Source: an uncultured delta proteobacterium
GTDB lineage: Bacteria; Myxococcota; Myxococcia; Myxococcales; Myxococcaceae
Reading direction: 5' to 3'
Assembly: GCA_963771175.1 (NCBI GenBank)
Contig: CAVYSY010000006.1
Coordinates: 32,001 to 96,000 of the forward strand
DNA: 64,000 nt
Shown: positions 58,366 through 64,000 of the stretch, one piece after another
Position numbering within the stretch: the stretch's first letter is position 1
Layout of the letters: every line of letters starts with the position of its first letter
Translations under genes and position numbers: made by a program
Notes under the pieces: generated by a model
Databases searched by the model: none
What the model saw: only the letters and a program-made list of their open reading frames with translations
Told to the model about the DNA's origin: nothing

Positions 58366-60127
58366 GAACTTGTCCACTAAAGAGCGATCGATAAATCCCG
58401 TGGGTGGGCAAGGCGGGTGATCCAGAAGATGGGTGGGGAAGCGCAGCCCCACCCCTGGGGTTCGGGAGCGAGAGGCCACCTGATGAAGTAGGCAGGAGAA
58501 GTGAACAGAAGAGCGCGCCGAGCAATGCGAGGGAAGCGTACGGACGAAAGAGCCGGACAGGTCGCAGGGCTGGTTGTTCAAGCAGATGCCGGAGCAGTTG
58601 GTGGAGCCGGAGCACCCGGTGAGGGTGGTGGCGGCGGCGGTGGAGGCGTTGGACCTGAGCGGCTTTCTGGCCGAGGCCAAGGCGGTGGAGGGACACGCCG
58701 GGCGCCCGGTGACGAGCCCGCGGTTACTGCTGGCGCTGTGGGTGTACGGGATTCAGCAGGGAGTGGGGACGGCGACGGAGCTTGCGCGCCGGTGCGAGGA
58801 GGACAGGGCGTACGAGTGGCTGGCCGGTGGAGTGAAGGTGAGCCACGACAAGCTGAGCCAGTTCCGGGTGGAGCACCAGGAGGTGTTGCAGCAGGTGTTC
58901 ACCGACGTGCTCTCGGTGCTGTTGCAGCAGGGGCTGGTAGGCCTGGAGCAGGTGGCGCAGGACGGCACCCGGGTGAGGGCCAGTGCCTCGGCGCCGTCGT
59001 TCCGGCGCGAGCAGTCGCTGCAGGAGTGCCGACAGCAGGCCGAGCTGCACCTGGAGGCGGTGCTGGCGCAGAAGGACGACCCGGAGCTGACGCGTGGGCA
59101 GCAGGCGACACGAGAGGCCAAGGCGCGTGACTACAAGGCGCGGGTGGACGCGGCGCTGGAGGCGATAAAGCAGCAGCGGGCCAGGAAGAAGGGGGCGGAC
59201 AAGGACAAGGTGCGTGCCTCCACCACGGATGCGGATGCGCGGGTGATGAAGATGGCCGACGGGGGCTTCCGGCCCGCCTACAACCTGCAATTCGCGGTGG
59301 CTGGGGAGACGCTGGGTGGGCCGCGAACGATTGTGGGGGTGGAAGTCACCAACCAGGGCAGCGACCTGGGCAGCGTCAGCCCCATGGTGGAGCAGATTGA
59401 GCAGCGCACGGGCCAGGTGCCCGAGCGCCTGCTGGCCGATGGCAACCACGCCACGTGCGAGGACGTGAAGCAGTGCGCGGCCAAGGGGATTGAAGCCCTC
59501 ATCTCGGTGCCTGAGCGCATGGCCAACGCCAAGGAGCAGGGGGACCACTCCGCCGAGGTAGAGGCCTGGCGTGAGCGCATGCGCACGCAGGAGGCCCGGC
59601 AGCAGTACAACAAGTCGCGCGCCAGTCTGGTGGAGAACGTCAACGCGCAGGTGAAGGGACGCTACGGCCTGACGCAGGTGACGGTGCGGGGCCTGGACAA
59701 GGTGAAGAGTGTCGCCTTGCTGGTGGCCCTGGCGCACAACCTGGCCGCACACGGCCAGCCTCTGGTGGATGCGCTGCGGGCGCGCCAGAGCGCGCTGCCG
59801 AGCGGGCTCACCTCCTCGAGCTGACCGCGGGAAACCCGGTCTCCCACGGGGGCGACATCAGCCCGGTGGGCCAGGTCACCGCCTTGCCTGCTGGCTTCTG
59901 ACGACCAGCCCGCTGCTGCGTGTGTGGTGTGACCGGGCCTCAGGCTCCAACGAGGCGATGAGCCCCCGGGCGTGTGTTTGAATTCCGCTCTCGCCTGCTT
60001 CCACCTGCACAACCCCCCTCCAGCTCCGCGCCTCGGGATGGGCGATTACCTCCGCCCACCCCTCCTCTTCCTGATCGCGCTCTGCTCCGGCGAGGGATTT
60101 ATCGACTGCTCTTAAGTGTACAAGTTG
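58366..60127 (+). mobile_element. IS1182-family insertion sequence
   Basis: Imperfect 33-bp terminal IRs at 58367-58399 and 60094-60126; possible 3-bp CTC target duplication. Confidence 0.85.
58574..59824 (+). CDS. IS1182-family DDE transposase (true start probably near 58501 with an indel)
   Basis: HPVR, GRP, DGTRVRASA, TTDADARVMK, AYNLQ, ADG and HNL motifs. Confidence 0.92.
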   Translation: MFKQMPEQLVEPEHPVRVVAAAVEALDLSGFLAEAKAVEGHAGRPVTSPRLLLALWVYGIQQGVGTATELARRCEEDRAYEWLAGGVKVSHDKLSQFRVEHQEVLQQVFTDVLSVLLQQGLVGLEQVAQDGTRVRASASAPSFRREQSLQECRQQAELHLEAVLAQKDDPELTRGQQATREAKARDYKARVDAALEAIKQQRARKKGADKDKVRASTTDADARVMKMADGGFRPAYNLQFAVAGETLGGPRTIVGVEVTNQGSDLGSVSPMVEQIEQRTGQVPERLLADGNHATCEDVKQCAAKGIEALISVPERMANAKEQGDHSAEVEAWRERMRTQEARQQYNKSRASLVENVNAQVKGRYGLTQVTVRGLDKVKSVALLVALAHNLAAHGQPLVDALRARQSALPSGLTSSS

Positions 60128-60193
60128 CTCAACATCGCGCCCGGAGGGCGCCCTGTCCTCCGAGACCACAGGCCCCCCGGCCTCGTTCTTCAC

Positions 60194-60220
60194 AAACCTG
60201 TCCGACTGTCGGACAGGTTT
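60194..60220. repeat. REP-like palindrome AAACCTGTCCGACTGTCGGACAGGTTT
   Basis: Same core as the palindrome at 38381. Confidence 0.85.
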
Positions 60221-60263
60221 TTCGGAACCGAGCCCGGCGGCCCCTCCCGCCCGAACTCGAGGC

Positions 60264-61232
60264 TCAGCGCAGCAACAGCAGCATCAGCGCGAGCAGCACC
60301 AGCAGTACCGCGCCCACCACCCCCACCACCTTCGCCACCGACACCGGCGCCTTGCCCAGCACGAGGTTCGCGTCCTGCCCGTGCACCACCACCCGGTACA
60401 CCTTGCTCCGGTACCGGTACGCCAGCACGTACGCCGGCAGCGCGTAGCGCTTCGTCTCCAGGCTCGACAGCACCACCGCCACGTGCACGTTGCGGAAGCG
60501 CCTCCCGGGGAGGTGCGAGCGCTCCACCTGCTCGCGCGCCTCGGCCTCCACCCCCTTCAATATCTGCCGCCTCGCCCCCGAGCGCGTCACGTCGAAGCGC
60601 TCCACCTGCGCGTCCTCCGGCCCTCGCGGCGCCGCCTCCACCCCCTCCAGCGTGTACCGCTCCGCCAGCCGCTCGCACTCGTCCTCCGTCAGCCCTCGCG
60701 ACGCGGACACCAGGATGTCCTGGAACGTGAGCTCCACCTGCCCCGCGTGCGGCGCCCAGGCCGAGCGGCCGCTCCCCGCATCCGAGTCCGCCGCCCAGCT
60801 CACCCGCGCCCCCGCGCTGAAGGCCCACGCCGGCCACCACATCGGCCGCAGCGACTGCAGCGCCGCCATCGCCGCCAGGTCCGACGGTCGGAAGAAGCGC
60901 TTCTCCGCCAGGAAGCGCATCAACGCCCCGCGCGCCGCCTCCGGGTCCACCGCGAAGGGCACGAAGGCCTCGGCCTGCTCCAGCGGGTCCGCCGTCGTCT
61001 CCACGTGCATCACCGACGCGCAGAAGGCGCACCGCGGCGCCTTCACCTCCGCCGAGTACTCCAGCGAGGCCCCGCACGTGCCGCACCGCACCACCTTCGC
61101 CTGCTCGCGCTCGGCCAGCACCCCCGCCTCGCGCGGCGCCCCCACCGCCAGCCCGCAGATGGGACAGCGCAGGTCCCCCAGCTCCAGCCGGCTCCCGCAC
61201 CGCGCGCACCCCGCCACCGCCCGGGCCGTCAT
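60264..61232 (-). CDS. Zinc-ribbon membrane protein
   Basis: Four CxxC pairs; C-terminal TM segment; VVHGQ. Confidence 0.8.
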   Translation of the reverse strand: MTARAVAGCARCGSRLELGDLRCPICGLAVGAPREAGVLAEREQAKVVRCGTCGASLEYSAEVKAPRCAFCASVMHVETTADPLEQAEAFVPFAVDPEAARGALMRFLAEKRFFRPSDLAAMAALQSLRPMWWPAWAFSAGARVSWAADSDAGSGRSAWAPHAGQVELTFQDILVSASRGLTEDECERLAERYTLEGVEAAPRGPEDAQVERFDVTRSGARRQILKGVEAEAREQVERSHLPGRRFRNVHVAVVLSSLETKRYALPAYVLAYRYRSKVYRVVVHGQDANLVLGKAPVSVAKVVGVVGAVLLVLLALMLLLLR

Positions 61233-62146
61233 CGCCCACCTCCGCCGCCCAGCAGCACGTACAGCAGCACCCCGAGCGCCACCACGCCCACCACCGTCAG
61301 CAGCACCTTCACCCACGAGATGGGCACCGTCCCGTACACCTCGCCCGACTGCCCGTTCACCACCACCCGCAGCGGCGGCTTCTCCGGCGCGTAGCGCGCC
61401 GCCAGCACCCAGACGGGCACCAGGCACACGTCCAGCGACTCCGCCTCCAGCCGCGTGTCGTGCCTCACCTCCCGGTGCGAGTCCCCCGGCATGAAGTCCT
61501 CCAACCGGCGGCCCACCCGCGCCAGCGCCTCCTCTCGCGCCAGCTTCAGGCACTCGTCACGCGAGAGCGACGGCTCCTCCGCCACCCACCCCGCCACCAG
61601 CGCCGGCTCGTAGCGCGCCAGCACCCTCAGGTCGAAGGGCTCCAGCTTCTCCAGCTCCGCGTTGGACAGCCCCCGCGAGGCCGTCACCAGCACGTCCGGC
61701 ACGTACTCGGAGTGCTCGCCGTGCAGCGGGCGCCACTCCGTCTTCGTCACCGTGCGCGTCTTCGTCACGGTCTTCCCGTTCTCCGTCGTCGTGTACGTCT
61801 CCGTCTCGGTGTAGTTCTCCCCGATGGAGGCGCTGTACCGGGAGGCCGCCAGGGCGCTGTAGAGGTACGCCGGCACGTACACGCCGCGCACGTCCTGGAG
61901 CGAGGCGCGCTTCAGCCCCGAGTGGCTCCACGGGTTGCGCGTGCGCAGCCAGTGCTTCACCCGCTCGCTCGCGGCCGGGTGGGTGAGCGCGAAGCCCAGC
62001 GCGAAGGTGGGCGCCGGCCTGTCCAGGCTCGGCGGCCTCTCCACCACCGAGGGCGCCGCGCAGTACGGACACACCGCCGTGCGCAGCTCGGGCGCCACCA
62101 CCAGCTCCGCCCCACAGGATTGGCACCGTAGGTTCATTCCCCGCAT
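61229..62146 (-). CDS. Zinc-ribbon membrane protein (paralog of the downstream gene)
   Basis: CQSC/CPYC, YVPAY, VNGQSG and C-terminal TM segment. Confidence 0.82.
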   Translation of the reverse strand: MRGMNLRCQSCGAELVVAPELRTAVCPYCAAPSVVERPPSLDRPAPTFALGFALTHPAASERVKHWLRTRNPWSHSGLKRASLQDVRGVYVPAYLYSALAASRYSASIGENYTETETYTTTENGKTVTKTRTVTKTEWRPLHGEHSEYVPDVLVTASRGLSNAELEKLEPFDLRVLARYEPALVAGWVAEEPSLSRDECLKLAREEALARVGRRLEDFMPGDSHREVRHDTRLEAESLDVCLVPVWVLAARYAPEKPPLRVVVNGQSGEVYGTVPISWVKVLLTVVGVVALGVLLYVLLGGGGGR

Positions 62147-62274
62147 CTCCGCATCTCCGCCCGGCGGCGGCCCCCTCCCCAAAAAAAGACTGCCACCCCC
62201 TCAACATTTTCCCCATATTGGGTTACATCTACCCCTGCTTGCCCAGATTTCACTCCATGCCTTCTCGGGACGAA

Positions 62275-62748
62275 ATGCCCCTGTCCTGCGTCTCACCGCC
62301 CTCCGCGCCCTCCCTGGTCACGGTCGAGGAGGCGTTGTCGCCGCTCCTGGTGGTGAAATTCGGTCGTTCCGGCTCGGAGCAGGACCTGGATACGTACCTG
62401 ACGGCCCGAGCTACGTACCTGTGGCACGAGCAGCCGCACGTCGTCATCTTCGACGCGCGCCAGGTGCACATGCTGTCGGCCCGGGTGCGCCAGCGCTACA
62501 CCGAGTGGCTGCGCGAGCACGAGGTGGCCCTGCGCCGGTGGACGCTCGGCACGGCCTACATCATCGAGTCCCCCACCGTGCGGATGATGATGAGCGTCGT
62601 CCGCCACTTCGCGTCGATGGCGAATCCGTTCATCGTCACCGCCACGGTGCCGCCCGCCGCCGCGTGGGCGGCCGACCGCCTGTCCGAGGCGGGACTGGCC
62701 CAGGCCGCCGCGCGCATCCGCGCCTACTACGCCGTACCCTTCAGCTAG
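62275..62748 (+). CDS. Hypothetical protein (STAS/SEC14-like fold possible)
   Basis: VVIFD...GTAYII...AAAWA pattern. Confidence 0.65.
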   Translation: MPLSCVSPPSAPSLVTVEEALSPLLVVKFGRSGSEQDLDTYLTARATYLWHEQPHVVIFDARQVHMLSARVRQRYTEWLREHEVALRRWTLGTAYIIESPTVRMMMSVVRHFASMANPFIVTATVPPAAAWAADRLSEAGLAQAAARIRAYYAVPFS

Positions 62749-62847
62749 GCCCCGGCCCGGCTCCCTTTCGCTGTTGCCTCCGGGGCACGCGGCGGGAAGA
62801 TGGGGCGCCCTGTCCGGCGCACCACCCCTCCCTCGGAGCCCCCTCCC

Positions 62848-63732
<885 letters not shown>

Positions 63733-63737
63733 CTGGC

Positions 63738-64000
63738 ATGGCGCCTCGTCTGACCGTTGCGGTCTTGCTGTTGGCCCTGTCCACCGCGTGCGCCTCCACG
63801 CATGTGGTGCGGCTGGACACGGGGGAGGGGGCGCCCGTGGAGTACAGGCCGCCCACTTCGAGCAAGTCCGTGAGGGTGGACGCCGAAGCGTTCGAGGACG
63901 CGCTGGCGCGGTGGGTACTGAATACGCCCCTGCCCCTCCGCTCGCCCCAGCAGGGCTGGCTGGTGCGTGCCTCCTACCCCAGCGACGCCACGGACACTCG
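63738..64000 (+). CDS. SitA5-like lipoprotein polymorphic toxin, N-terminal part (runs off the right edge)
   Basis: MAPRLTVAVLLLALSTAC-ASTHVVRLDTGEG; lipobox plus VVRLDTG motif. Confidence 0.7.
   Translation, partial: MAPRLTVAVLLLALSTACASTHVVRLDTGEGAPVEYRPPTSSKSVRVDAEAFEDALARWVLNTPLPLRSPQQGWLVRASYPSDATDT

Overview
This is a very GC-rich chromosomal window, most likely from a Cystobacterineae myxobacterium (inferred from DUF2378 paralogs, a SitA5-like toxin, REP-like palindromes and a sigma54 activator). It mixes housekeeping genes (tkt, mtaP, ampG, pxpA/B/C, GST, aminotransferase, EamA) with many accessory islands. Accessory content: (1) a four-gene biosynthetic cluster of a MenA-like prenyltransferase, a glycine-type C*-A-PCP-E* NRPS, a membrane protein and a P450; (2) a 1.5-kb cargo segment bracketed by two inverted 60-bp palindromic elements, carrying a copy of the promoter and first codons of a gene 46 kb away; (3) a zinc-finger protein with a HopBF1-like minimal kinase domain; (4) lipoprotein toxin/partner pairs (PD-(D/E)xK, metzincin, SitA5-like); (5) a coiled-coil/Ig-lipoprotein surface operon; (6) an ABC-ATPase plus DUF4276/TOPRIM-like candidate defence pair; (7) an Rpn nuclease with an internal RBS/ATG; (8) an IS1182 apparently inserted in a hairpin. 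About a dozen genes carry single-base frameshifts, which most plausibly reflects indel errors in the assembly. I saw no rRNA, tRNA or CRISPR array. All family assignments are by motif recognition only; no searches were run.
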